64,000 nt of DNA from a phage. Of the stretch, positions 24,790 through 34,087 are shown piece after piece. Each line of letters begins with the position of its first letter. Position 1 is the first letter of the stretch. A program made the position numbers and the translations under genes. The stretch lies in sequence record PZ445487.1; one strand, 5' to 3'. The notes under the pieces were generated by a model, which was given only the letters and a program-made list of their open reading frames with translations, searched no databases and was not told the DNA's origin.

Positions 24790-27066
24790 ATGATTAACAT
24801 CATAAAGCGGGACGGATCTTCTGTCCCCTTTGACATTGAAAAACTCCATACCGTTATTGAACGAGCATGTGACGGCCTTGAAGGAGTATCGGTGTCTGAG
24901 GTGGAAGCCGCATCGAAGATTCAATTCACCGATAACATGAAAACCGAACGCATTCAGGATATCATTATCCAAGCTGCGGCCACCTTAATTTCTGTTGATA
25001 AACCCAACTATCAATATGTTGCTGCCCGCCTGAAGTCGTATGACCTGCGCAAGGTTGTCTATGGTCAGTACAAGCCACCTCATTTGCTGGATATTTTTGC
25101 AAAGAACACCAAGCTGGGTGTTTATGACCGCGAATTCCTCGAACTTTACTCTAAAGAAGAATTCGAAGAACTTAACACAGTCATCAACCACAAACGCGAC
25201 AAGAATTTCACTTGGGCAGCAATGGGCCAGCTGACTCAAAAATATCTTTTGCGTGATCGTTCTTCTGACAGCAAAGTGTATTATGAAACCCCTCAAGTCA
25301 TGTACATGGCAATCGCTATGGCATTATTCTCAGCGTGGGATAAAGAAAGCAGACTGACAATGGTGAAGAAGTTCTATGAATACGCCAGTACAGGCAAATT
25401 CAGTCTTCCAACACCTATTATGTCCGGCGTCCGCACCCCGACCCGACAGTTCAGCTCTTGTGTATTGATCAAAACTGGTGATACATTGGACTCAATTAAT
25501 GCCACTGCGAAAAGCATCGTGGATTATGTTTCCAAACGTGCTGGCATCGGATTCGATGTTGGGGCAATTCGTGGCATCGGTAGCCCTATCCGTAAAGGGG
25601 AAATGGTCCATACAGGTCTGGTTCCATTCATCAAGTATTTGACTGGTGCCCTGAAGTCTTGCTCTCAAGGCGGTATCCGTGGTGGATCGGCAACATGCTA
25701 TGTTCCCATCTGGCATTATCAATTTGATGATGTCGTTGTTCTCAAAAACAACCGTGGATTGGAAGAGAACCGTGAACGCCGTATCGACTATGGGATTCAG
25801 ATTAACCGCGTCATGTTCGAGCGCCTGGTGAACAAACAGCCTCTATACCTGTTTGATCCAAAAGACAACCGCGAAATGTATGAAGCATTTTTCGCAGACG
25901 TCAATAAATTCCGCGAAATGTACGACAATATGATCAAGGCCGCCGACGCCGGATTATGTCGTTCCAAAAAGCTGCAAGCTGAAGAAGTGTTCCAAATGCT
26001 ACTAGACCAGCGTTCTGACACTGGACGGATCTACATCGCATTCGTTGATCACATGAACGAGTATAGTCCGTTCAATTTGGACACGATTTATAGCTCTAAT
26101 CTGTGTTTAGAAATCGCGCTTCCGACTCGTGAGTTCCAACAGTATGATGATGAAGATGGTCGCATTGCCCTGTGTACACTCGCATCATTTAACCTGACGG
26201 CATTTGAAGATCCAACAGAAATGGAAGATGTTGCTTTCGTTCTGGTTTCAGCTTTGGATATGTTGTTGGAATATCAGGACTACCCAGCTCGCCAAGCCCG
26301 TTTGGCCGTAGAAGAATATCGTCCTCTGGGTATCGGTATCGTCAACGTCGCACATTTCCTGGCCAAGAATTTCACGGGTTATGGATCGCCTATCGGATTA
26401 GAACTTCTAGACAAGTGGATGGCGCATCTTCATTTCTACTTGGTCAAAGCGTCCAACCGTCTGGCCATGCGTTTCGGATCTTGTAAGAAGTCAACTATCC
26501 ATGATTCCGGATTTGTAACAGCCGACCTTCAGCCTCTCCCGCTGGACATCCTACCCAATGGCAAAAAGCCTGTTGGGCAAGCCTATGGTCTTGACTGGGA
26601 AGGTCTTAAGCAGAACCTATCCGAGTATGGGATCCGTAACGCCACGTTGTTAGCCGTAGCACCAACTGAAAGCTCCTCTCAGGTGCTGAACGCAACGAAC
26701 GGTATAGAGCCACCAAAAGGTCTCATCAGCATCAAAGGCAGCAAGGACGGCGTCTATAAACAGATCGTTCCGGATGTAGAAACCCTTGGTCCTCTATATG
26801 ACCTGAAATGGAATCTGGATTGTATTGAATACCTGAAGACGGCTGCGGTCATACAACGTTGGGTAGATCAATCTATCAGCACCAACACATGGTATGACCC
26901 AGAGAAATATCCAGAAGGCAAGATCCCGCGCTCTCTTATGATGCAGGATATTCTGTCTTTCTACATGTGGGGTGGTAAAACTCTGTATTACAACACCAAC
27001 AAAGACTCCAAGGAAGATGAAGAGTTGAAACAAGTTGAAGAAATTTGTGATACCTGTGTTGTTTGA
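24790..27066 (+). CDS. nrdA: ribonucleotide reductase class Ia large subunit NrdA
   Basis: ATP-cone N-terminus (IIKRDGS..PFD..K), conserved RNR active-site regions, C-terminal Cys pair; RBS GAGGA. Confidence 0.9.
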   Translation: MINIIKRDGSSVPFDIEKLHTVIERACDGLEGVSVSEVEAASKIQFTDNMKTERIQDIIIQAAATLISVDKPNYQYVAARLKSYDLRKVVYGQYKPPHLLDIFAKNTKLGVYDREFLELYSKEEFEELNTVINHKRDKNFTWAAMGQLTQKYLLRDRSSDSKVYYETPQVMYMAIAMALFSAWDKESRLTMVKKFYEYASTGKFSLPTPIMSGVRTPTRQFSSCVLIKTGDTLDSINATAKSIVDYVSKRAGIGFDVGAIRGIGSPIRKGEMVHTGLVPFIKYLTGALKSCSQGGIRGGSATCYVPIWHYQFDDVVVLKNNRGLEENRERRIDYGIQINRVMFERLVNKQPLYLFDPKDNREMYEAFFADVNKFREMYDNMIKAADAGLCRSKKLQAEEVFQMLLDQRSDTGRIYIAFVDHMNEYSPFNLDTIYSSNLCLEIALPTREFQQYDDEDGRIALCTLASFNLTAFEDPTEMEDVAFVLVSALDMLLEYQDYPARQARLAVEEYRPLGIGIVNVAHFLAKNFTGYGSPIGLELLDKWMAHLHFYLVKASNRLAMRFGSCKKSTIHDSGFVTADLQPLPLDILPNGKKPVGQAYGLDWEGLKQNLSEYGIRNATLLAVAPTESSSQVLNATNGIEPPKGLISIKGSKDGVYKQIVPDVETLGPLYDLKWNLDCIEYLKTAAVIQRWVDQSISTNTWYDPEKYPEGKIPRSLMMQDILSFYMWGGKTLYYNTNKDSKEDEELKQVEEICDTCVV

Positions 27067-27136
27067 TTAGGTCTATACAACACAAACGTTTAATATCAGG
27101 GGTGATTCGTCACCCCTTATTCATCAGGAAAGAAAC

Positions 27137-28240
27137 ATGAACGAACAAAAGCAATTCTCAGTATTCGATCCATCTTCAAATAATACAGGACTGCCATTCT
27201 TTGGCGACCCTGTAAGTATCCAGCGTTATGACAAAGTGGCTTGGCCTTTTGTTCAAAAATGGTATGAAAAAGGCCTCAGCCAATTCTGGCGTCCGGAAGA
27301 AGTGGATGTCACCAAAGACAAAGCAGACTTTGCCACTCTATCCGCTGCGGAACAACACATCTACTTCAGCAACCTGAAACGACAGACCATGCTGGATTCT
27401 ATCCAGGGTGCTGCTCCGTTCGAAGCGTTTGGCCCATGGGCATCAACACCAGAAGCGCAATTTGCTATTCTGGAGTGGACGCGCCAAGAAGCCATCCACT
27501 CACTATCTTACACGCATATCCTTCGTAACACAGTGAATGATCCTGGTATCGTTTTTGACCATGTTCTGGACGTTCAGGAGATCGTCGATTGCGCCGGACA
27601 GATCAGCGTATACTACGACGACATGGTGCGTTACAGCGGGATGCGTATGGCTGGACGCGCGTTCACCCGTGAAGACATCATGAACGCCAAGCGTGCATTC
27701 TGGCGTGCTCTGTTTGCCGCCAACTCCCTCGAAGGCGTCCGTTTCTATGTTTCATTTGCGTGTTCTTGGGCATTCATGCAATTCCTCAACAAAATGGAAG
27801 GCAACGCTAAAATCATCCGTCAGATTGCTCGTGATGAGCAAGATCACCTCATCCTGACCCAGACTTTCCTGAACCGTCTGCCACTGATGGACCCTGATTT
27901 TGCCATTATTAGAGAAGAACTGCGCGGCGAAATGACCCAGATGTATGTCGACGTTGTCAACCAAGAAAAAGAATGGGCGAATTATCTGTTCAAAGACGGC
28001 TCAATGCTGGGACTGAATGCAAATATCCTTCATCAAATGGTGGACTGGTTGGCAACACACCGTATGGGAGCTATTGGCCACCCATATCCAGGACAAGCCC
28101 GTAAAGACAATCCGGTGCCATGGATAAATGAGTGGCTAGATAATAAAACAATGCAATATGCATTACAGGAAGCGGAAGCTCCTGATTATCTGACTGGTGT
28201 CCTTACTGGATCAGTCTCCGACGGTCTGAAATTTGCCTAA
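27137..28240 (+). CDS. nrdB: ribonucleotide reductase small subunit NrdB
   Basis: Di-iron ligand motifs (EAIHS, E..H) typical of class Ia beta subunit. Confidence 0.9.
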   Translation: MNEQKQFSVFDPSSNNTGLPFFGDPVSIQRYDKVAWPFVQKWYEKGLSQFWRPEEVDVTKDKADFATLSAAEQHIYFSNLKRQTMLDSIQGAAPFEAFGPWASTPEAQFAILEWTRQEAIHSLSYTHILRNTVNDPGIVFDHVLDVQEIVDCAGQISVYYDDMVRYSGMRMAGRAFTREDIMNAKRAFWRALFAANSLEGVRFYVSFACSWAFMQFLNKMEGNAKIIRQIARDEQDHLILTQTFLNRLPLMDPDFAIIREELRGEMTQMYVDVVNQEKEWANYLFKDGSMLGLNANILHQMVDWLATHRMGAIGHPYPGQARKDNPVPWINEWLDNKTMQYALQEAEAPDYLTGVLTGSVSDGLKFA

Positions 28241-28249
28241 AGGTGAGAA

Positions 28250-28474
28250 ATGATTACGATTTATTCCAAACAAGGTTGTGCGCAATGTTTACAAGCTGAA
28301 AACATCTGTCGCATTCGCGGTATTGAACACCAAATTCTGAAGCTAGACAAAGACTACAAGCTGGAAGAATTACAGAAAATCACTGGTAAGCAACGCATGT
28401 CTATGCCCGTGATTGTTCTGGCTGACCAAACCGTGACCGACGTTACTGGACTCGCCGCAAGTTTGAAACGCTGA
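28250..28474 (+). CDS. glutaredoxin/NrdH-like redoxin
   Basis: CAQC redox motif in short thioredoxin-fold protein directly after nrdB. Confidence 0.6.
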   Translation: MITIYSKQGCAQCLQAENICRIRGIEHQILKLDKDYKLEELQKITGKQRMSMPVIVLADQTVTDVTGLAASLKR

Positions 28475-28482
28475 TCTTTCAA

Positions 28483-28510
28483 AGCCCCTCATTGAGGGGC
28501 TTTACTTTTG
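28483..28510 (+). terminator. rho-independent terminator after nrdAB-grx operon
   Basis: Hairpin AGCCCCTC-ATTG-AGGGGCT followed by TTTACTTTT. Confidence 0.6.
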
Positions 28511-28529
28511 AAACCTTTCCGCCTATACT
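28501..28529 (+). promoter_or_regulatory. early promoter (TTTACT-N17-TATACT)
   Basis: Immediately after terminator hairpin 28483-28501. Confidence 0.45.
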
Positions 28530-28558
28530 TCCCAGTAATTCATTGGCAAACGCCACAA

Positions 28559-28583
28559 ATTGAATAGCAGGAACTATATCATG
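28559..28583 (+). repeat. conserved early 5' leader motif (copy)
   Basis: ATTGAATAGCAGGAACTATATCATG. Confidence 0.55.
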
Positions 28584-28814
28584 ACCAACTCTGAAATATA
28601 TCATGCTTCTATGCATTATCACGACCTACGCGCCCGTCCAGGACACGCCAAACAAAAAGCATTCTGGGTGGCAGAACTCAGATTACGCCGTGCTGTCGTT
28701 AACCACCAAATAATCATGAATCGGAAAAACGACAAATCACCGTTGTTGGCAGATTCTTATCTTGAACTCCGCACAGCCTATGAACAAGCCAAACAGCACG
28801 TAATAGGAGCATAA
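28581..28814 (+). CDS. hypothetical protein
   Basis: ATG at end of conserved leader 28559-28583; early promoter 28501-28529. Confidence 0.45.
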   Translation: MTNSEIYHASMHYHDLRARPGHAKQKAFWVAELRLRRAVVNHQIIMNRKNDKSPLLADSYLELRTAYEQAKQHVIGA

Positions 28815-28815
28815 T

Positions 28816-29277
28816 ATGTCCAACAAATTACTCACCAACCCCCGCCACAACTTTGGTTATATCCAATTACCAGAAGTGATAGACACGTTGTTTGCTGAAG
28901 ACAAGGAAGAAGTTTGTTGGGCACCAGCGACTCTTATTGAACGCGAAATTTTCAAATCTGAAGTAGACGTGATGTTCCGCATCGGTTCATCCGGAGACCT
29001 CCATTATTTGGGGAAAGTGACCGAGTTAAAGACCTGCCATGCTCAAAGATTTTTGCGCATTGACACCACTCAATGTGAAGACTTTTCATTCAGCATTCTG
29101 CGTGAATATGTTCAGGTCAACCGTCCTGTGTATCAACACCGTCCTTATTTGACGTCGATGCATATAGACAATTATATTTCTGACATTCATTTACGTGCAT
29201 CAACTATCCATGAAGAAGATTCTGGTGTCGCGGTTGATACAGTACTCAATATGATCGTCATTACTTTGGTGCCGTGA
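28816..29277 (+). CDS. hypothetical protein
   Basis: ORF track; coupled to upstream gene. Confidence 0.5.
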   Translation: MSNKLLTNPRHNFGYIQLPEVIDTLFAEDKEEVCWAPATLIEREIFKSEVDVMFRIGSSGDLHYLGKVTELKTCHAQRFLRIDTTQCEDFSFSILREYVQVNRPVYQHRPYLTSMHIDNYISDIHLRASTIHEEDSGVAVDTVLNMIVITLVP

Positions 29278-29278
29278 T

Positions 29279-29617
29279 ATGTACAAATTCCCGATATTAG
29301 AAACAGTGTACTCTGTTCACAAAAAGGAAGGTCCATTATTTGAAAATTTGGATATTCTGTTAAAGGAAAATGTCCGTATCCCTCTGGTTCTAAAGGGAAA
29401 GCAAATAGGATATAGCCATGACTGCCAAATAATGCGTTCTGAAGGCACCGACGTCTTACGCATCCGTCTGACATTTGTGTTGACAGGTAATCTGGACGGT
29501 ATGGTGGTTAATCTGAAACCAACCACCATAGTCCACAGAACGGGTGGGAAAATATTATATCGTTTATTAACTCATTTTGAGTTGGTGACAAAATGCTCTG
29601 CCACGGACGTTCTTTAA
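29279..29617 (+). CDS. hypothetical protein
   Basis: ORF track. Confidence 0.45.
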   Translation: MYKFPILETVYSVHKKEGPLFENLDILLKENVRIPLVLKGKQIGYSHDCQIMRSEGTDVLRIRLTFVLTGNLDGMVVNLKPTTIVHRTGGKILYRLLTHFELVTKCSATDVL

Positions 29618-29998
29618 TCAATTTGTCCGTTTCAACCATATGGTGTCTGTTATCGGCTCTGGGTTGTTGACCACATAGAACGTGATGGTTACGCCCAGAG
29701 AATGATAATCGTCCGACAATGATACATCAACAGATTGCAATTCAGCTCTTGGCTCAAAAAGAGCAATGGCATCTTCAACTTTGTTCTTCACGTCGACCTG
29801 TATCGTGGGATTTGTATTTTCTCCCAGCATGGTATACAACCCCGCCCCAATACTCGGATACGTCGGCCAATCACCTACCGTCGCCATCACTATATTACGC
29901 ACAGATTGTAGTACAGCATAAATGCCTGTTTTCTTAGTGACATCTTTGGTGACCGGATGCATGCCAAACTTCAGGTCAATGTCCTTGTACTCTTTCAT
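29618..29998 (-). CDS. 25: baseplate wedge protein gp25-like (GPW/gp25 family)
   Basis: Similarity by eye to T4 gp25 (DIDLKFG...VLQSVRNIV...GDWP); internal ATG chosen. Confidence 0.65.
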   Translation of the reverse strand: MKEYKDIDLKFGMHPVTKDVTKKTGIYAVLQSVRNIVMATVGDWPTYPSIGAGLYTMLGENTNPTIQVDVKNKVEDAIALFEPRAELQSVDVSLSDDYHSLGVTITFYVVNNPEPITDTIWLKRTN

Positions 29999-30062
29999 GT
30001 TAAACCCCTTTGGATATTGCCTCTCCAGCACGAGAGGGCATTATCTGCCCTCACCAGTGTAA

Positions 30063-31688
30063 TCATGCGCCTTTACCACCAAAATTGCCGCCGTTATCCT
30101 CTAACTCCGGTTTTATATCAATTGGACCTGGGCCTGTAGTTGTTACAGGAGTTGCCCCCGCACGTGAGGCGGCGCGGCCAGCGCCTTCAGCATATTTGAT
30201 GTTGCCTTCAATAGTCTGTGCAACCGATAATTTATCACAAATTATTTCAGTTGCCAGTATCTTAGGAACCTTCAAAGTGTTAGACACTTCAAACATTTCA
30301 CAGATGAGACGCAACACGTTCTGTGCCTGTATCTCAGCCAATTGGGAAAATTTCATCAACGCTGTTCCAGCGACCACATTGGAATAGTTAGAAGAGTGTA
30401 AGTGGTAAACTTCTCCTTTCTTGCGCTGTACTTCAGTCCCACCAATTGTCAGGTTATGATCACCCCCCACATAATAACGTTTGTCGAACATCGTCAGGTC
30501 ATAATGATCTTTGACTGATTTATTAACAACATCACCGTCAGGAAGCATTTGCTTGTAAGACCCAGAAGAGTGCATCCAATGCAAACGTTCCCCGCCTGGA
30601 GTGTCATCGACCTCCATAATATGCCCAGCTCGAGAAGCCATAACATTGTTGTATGGATAACGAGACCCTCCAGCCGAAGGAACCGATACCTCTCCTGTGT
30701 TGTCAATATCCTGAACACGACCAGAAGGAGGCGGTGTTTCTTGGACTTTCGGGGTACGATCTGGAATAGGTTCAGACCATTTACCGTTTTGTTGTGCCGG
30801 AGCTGCTGAAGCTGTAGTTGCTGGACCTGGCCAACGATAACCCAACACGGATGAGCGGCTAAAACGGCTCACCTTCACAGAATCGGATTGGTTTCCCCCG
30901 ATACACCAAACGTAGTTGGCGTCAAATTTCTGAACGAATGCAACGTGACCGAATGTCGGGTTGTTCCCGCGCCGGAACACTACAACAGCGCCGTAACGTG
31001 GTTCTGACAGAGGAGACCCCCATTGTAAATATGAACGAGCCAAAGCAGAACGTGTTGATGTATATCCGGCCTGTATCAGAACCCATCCGACAAACGACGC
31101 ACACCAACTAACTTCATCTTCTGACGCCCCCAGGGAAGTTGTCTTATGATATTCCAATATCCTTGGGTTGTTATTGAACTTACCAGAATATTCTTTGACA
31201 CCCAATTCCCCACGAGCCACGGTCATCCACTTCTCAGGATCATATCCGTCTACTGGTGGTTGTGGATCCGGTTGCGGTTCATCCTCAATCTTAACAGGAA
31301 CATTCTCGACGGCATTATACTTCTGCCTTTCTATAGATTGAACGACCTGACCCAGCGCCAATGGGTTTGTATCTGACCCATCTGTTGGTGTTGCTGCTGG
31401 CCATACCCATGCAATACGGATGTTCTGATATGCTTCATCCAAAGCAAACCCCATGACGTCAGAGCCGACAGTGATACCCGTCGGAGACCAGCCTAAACCT
31501 GCCGAGGAGGCGTTAGATGCTGGCATAAGCATTTTACCCCAAGGCAATAATTCTGTAGGCAGGAGAGTGGTATCCTCCGTGTGTACCCCATAGATGCGTA
31601 CTGCGACGCGCCCGTTTTGATCGGGATCATTCACGTCTTCAACGCGCCCGTAAAACCAACGCAAGTTGTCTAACATATTGAAACCCAT
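30063..31688 (-). CDS. 5: baseplate hub/central spike gp5-like with CHAP/NlpC-P60-like hydrolase domain
   Basis: N-terminus NLRWFYGRVEDVNDP..GRVAVRIYG..LPTE.LPW matches gp5 OB domain; middle region WCASFVGW...GHVAFV resembles Cys-His amidase; late promoter-like CATAAATA upstream. Confidence 0.7.
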   Translation of the reverse strand: MGFNMLDNLRWFYGRVEDVNDPDQNGRVAVRIYGVHTEDTTLLPTELLPWGKMLMPASNASSAGLGWSPTGITVGSDVMGFALDEAYQNIRIAWVWPAATPTDGSDTNPLALGQVVQSIERQKYNAVENVPVKIEDEPQPDPQPPVDGYDPEKWMTVARGELGVKEYSGKFNNNPRILEYHKTTSLGASEDEVSWCASFVGWVLIQAGYTSTRSALARSYLQWGSPLSEPRYGAVVVFRRGNNPTFGHVAFVQKFDANYVWCIGGNQSDSVKVSRFSRSSVLGYRWPGPATTASAAPAQQNGKWSEPIPDRTPKVQETPPPSGRVQDIDNTGEVSVPSAGGSRYPYNNVMASRAGHIMEVDDTPGGERLHWMHSSGSYKQMLPDGDVVNKSVKDHYDLTMFDKRYYVGGDHNLTIGGTEVQRKKGEVYHLHSSNYSNVVAGTALMKFSQLAEIQAQNVLRLICEMFEVSNTLKVPKILATEIICDKLSVAQTIEGNIKYAEGAGRAASRAGATPVTTTGPGPIDIKPELEDNGGNFGGKGA

Positions 31689-31709
31689 TAGTCAATTAGA
31701 ATCATGTGA

Positions 31710-31717
31710 TATTTATG
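31710..31717 (-). promoter_or_regulatory. late promoter-like box CATAAATA upstream of gp5
   Basis: 7/8 match to T4 late consensus TATAAATA on minus strand, about 22 nt before gp5 ATG. Confidence 0.4.
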
Positions 31718-32015
31718 GCGGGGATTTGAAATCTGTCGAATAATATATTATAGGAAGCTCTGCTTCCGTTCAACCTTTATTCTTTTCGTTCCTACTCGCT
31801 GAAGCTCGTAACACCGCCTTGACAGGCAGTCCCATTCCAATGCCATGGAGGCATAAAGGCGAGGAAAATACTGTACACCTCAGAACATGCGTAGAAAAGG
31901 ATTATTTTTGCTTCAAAACAAATTCAAACCCCAATTACACAACACTTACTTCAGCAACAACGGTGTTATAGCAATTTAAGGTTAAACGTTCCTGTCTTAA
32001 CCTATAAAACAGGTA

Positions 32016-32045
32016 AGCAAAGAAAACCCCACATTACGTGGGGTT
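32016..32045 (-). terminator. rho-independent terminator (minus strand)
   Basis: Hairpin AACCCCAC-GTAAT-GTGGGGTT followed on minus strand by TTTTCTTTG. Confidence 0.55.
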
Positions 32046-32194
32046 GGAAGATTTCTTAGACAATCTAATTTTCAGTGTCTCGGTAAGCAAATCAAGATGC
32101 CACGGCATCGATTCACTGATTTCAAATATGCTATAGCCGTGTGCCTTTAATTCGTCACACATCACAAAATAGGAGAGTAAATCAATTTCAAAAA

Positions 32195-33001
32195 TTAAAT
32201 GAAAATCTCGGTGACACTGTTAAATTTGACTTCGTGTTCTTTCCCACACGAAGGGCATTTAATTTTTGTCGCGTAACGAATACGCGGAATCTTTTTAAAG
32301 AAATCATTCGAAATGTCCTGAACAATCTCAGATTCAATATTGTCCCCGACCCATTTGACAAATTCATCCTTAATGCGTTGGCGTTCTTTAGCAACTTCTG
32401 GATCGATACCAGGTTCAGCCGGATTTTCCACCTTCCAAACCTGACCATCGTCGTCATACAGACAATCGATAAAAGTGGCAATCATTTGTTCAACAGAGGA
32501 TGCTTCGTTGAGCACTGAGGCATCCGAGAAGGACGGCTGGCGCATCTTGATGTGATAGCCGCCAGGGAGGTCAAATGTTTCCCTGAAGCCTTCTGGGGAC
32601 ACGCATTTTACCTGATTGAGCGGGATCGGTAACACAAGCTCTTGACCACAATCTTTAAGGCCAGAAACTGGTTCTTCACCACCTTCATTGGTTTCGGCTT
32701 GAACTTTGTTATTACATTTGTAACGTATCTTCATGACCTCGCCGATAGATATACAGCGCATCTTTAAAAATACTTCTTCAGTAACACCGATTGGCAGTTT
32801 ACTAAAGGGAACGCCAGCATCAACACAACTGTCAAATAGTTGCTCCAATGTTGCCACGCGCTCACTCATAGGAGTGTTCGGATCAGCAACCTGAAGTAAC
32901 ATGGTCTGTTGCCCTGCTGTAAAGGCGCGGTATTTGATCACAGTCGGCCAGAAATCACTTTTATGTGTTCTCTCAGTTTTGGGCAATGATGGTAAATTCA
33001 T
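32195..33001 (-). CDS. late protein, possibly baseplate/structural, with C-terminal CxxC
   Basis: ORF track; perfect TATAAATA late promoter upstream on minus strand; C-terminal KCPSCGKEH. Confidence 0.5.
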   Translation of the reverse strand: MNLPSLPKTERTHKSDFWPTVIKYRAFTAGQQTMLLQVADPNTPMSERVATLEQLFDSCVDAGVPFSKLPIGVTEEVFLKMRCISIGEVMKIRYKCNNKVQAETNEGGEEPVSGLKDCGQELVLPIPLNQVKCVSPEGFRETFDLPGGYHIKMRQPSFSDASVLNEASSVEQMIATFIDCLYDDDGQVWKVENPAEPGIDPEVAKERQRIKDEFVKWVGDNIESEIVQDISNDFFKKIPRIRYATKIKCPSCGKEHEVKFNSVTEIFI

Positions 33002-33029
33002 AATGTATCTCCACGGTATATTGTAATTG

Positions 33030-33037
33030 TATTTATA
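33030..33037 (-). promoter_or_regulatory. late promoter TATAAATA
   Basis: Perfect 8-mer on minus strand about 29 nt upstream of minus ATG at 33001; gp55 encoded in same window. Confidence 0.55.
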
Positions 33038-33050
33038 ACGAGGACTGAAA

Positions 33051-33575
33051 ATGCACGCGTTCTGTTTCAGTAAAGTGGGGGAGCAACTCGCAATTAATTA
33101 TCCGGATGCAAACACGGACTTTTTTGTATTACTCACAGATTTTGCAAATAAATTGGGGATAAAGAATGTCGCCATGACCGTGTCCGATATGAAATTCGGG
33201 TGGCTGGGAGTTAAAGATTTATTGAATTATGGATTCAATGTGATTATCGTTGATCCAACGTACAGCCCAATTGAAGAGGATGATGTTATTCCGGTTTGGG
33301 TGCAACGAGATATTAACACCCTGGACAAACACTATCCGGATTGTATCATCATCGGTGAATTAATACCGTATTTTCATAAACGTCGTCGTCTTGAAACAAT
33401 TAAAAGTTATTTTCAAGATAATGATTGTGGATATAAAATGGATGTCCTTACGAGCGGTTGGGTTGTGAAGAATACCACAGGCAATGCCGACCGAATTACT
33501 TCTCGTCTTTATGAATATGTTAAAGAACGGGATTATGAACTGGAGAACAATAATGCCAAACGTAGAACGCGCTGA
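33051..33575 (+). CDS. hypothetical protein
   Basis: ORF track; RBS GAGGA. Confidence 0.5.
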   Translation: MHAFCFSKVGEQLAINYPDANTDFFVLLTDFANKLGIKNVAMTVSDMKFGWLGVKDLLNYGFNVIIVDPTYSPIEEDDVIPVWVQRDINTLDKHYPDCIIIGELIPYFHKRRRLETIKSYFQDNDCGYKMDVLTSGWVVKNTTGNADRITSRLYEYVKERDYELENNNAKRRTR

Positions 33576-34038
33576 TATTCAGCAGGTACAAGACGTCATC
33601 CTTCAACGCCTTCGCGCTGTGATCACAAATGAAAAGGGAGAAATTGCGCCAGGGTTTGAAGGCGCATTCGACGGTTTCGTTGCTGATGATCAGGGGAACC
33701 CCGTTGTACAAACGATCGCTGGCATGATTATGCTGAATAGCGAATTTATGGCTGATGGTAAAATCCATTATTCACCCAATCTCAGTGTTGACGGAGAATC
33801 TTTGGCTTCCGAAGTGGTTGATTTAACGGTTGCCGTTGGTGAGTTGGGTTATGTTTTGATGGTTTGCACCGCGCATTATGTGGACGCCAACGGCCATGTG
33901 TCATATGGTGATGAGGCGCGAGGGGTCAAACGTCATGTGGACACTTCTGCATTACTGCAACAGATACGTCAGATGCAAGAAGAAATGGACTCCAAACCTC
34001 GCCTGATTTTACCGGAAAGCAAAATCGTCACCAGATAA
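33562..34038 (+). CDS. hypothetical protein
   Basis: Internal ATG of ORF 33484..34038 overlapping end of upstream gene. Confidence 0.45.
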   Translation, partial: VERADIQQVQDVILQRLRAVITNEKGEIAPGFEGAFDGFVADDQGNPVVQTIAGMIMLNSEFMADGKIHYSPNLSVDGESLASEVVDLTVAVGELGYVLMVCTAHYVDANGHVSYGDEARGVKRHVDTSALLQQIRQMQEEMDSKPRLILPESKIVTR

Positions 34039-34087
34039 TCCGGTCTAAATACCCATAACACAATGAAACTTCGTTATGGGTATTTTT

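Noticed and set aside
31689-32194. Possible tRNA or CRISPR-like element in the long non-coding region
   Set aside because: No T-loop/acceptor-stem pattern and no direct repeats with spacers were seen by eye; not checked computationally.
32141-32518. 125-aa plus-strand ORF
   Set aside because: Antisense within the minus-strand late gene 32195-33001, which has a perfect late promoter.
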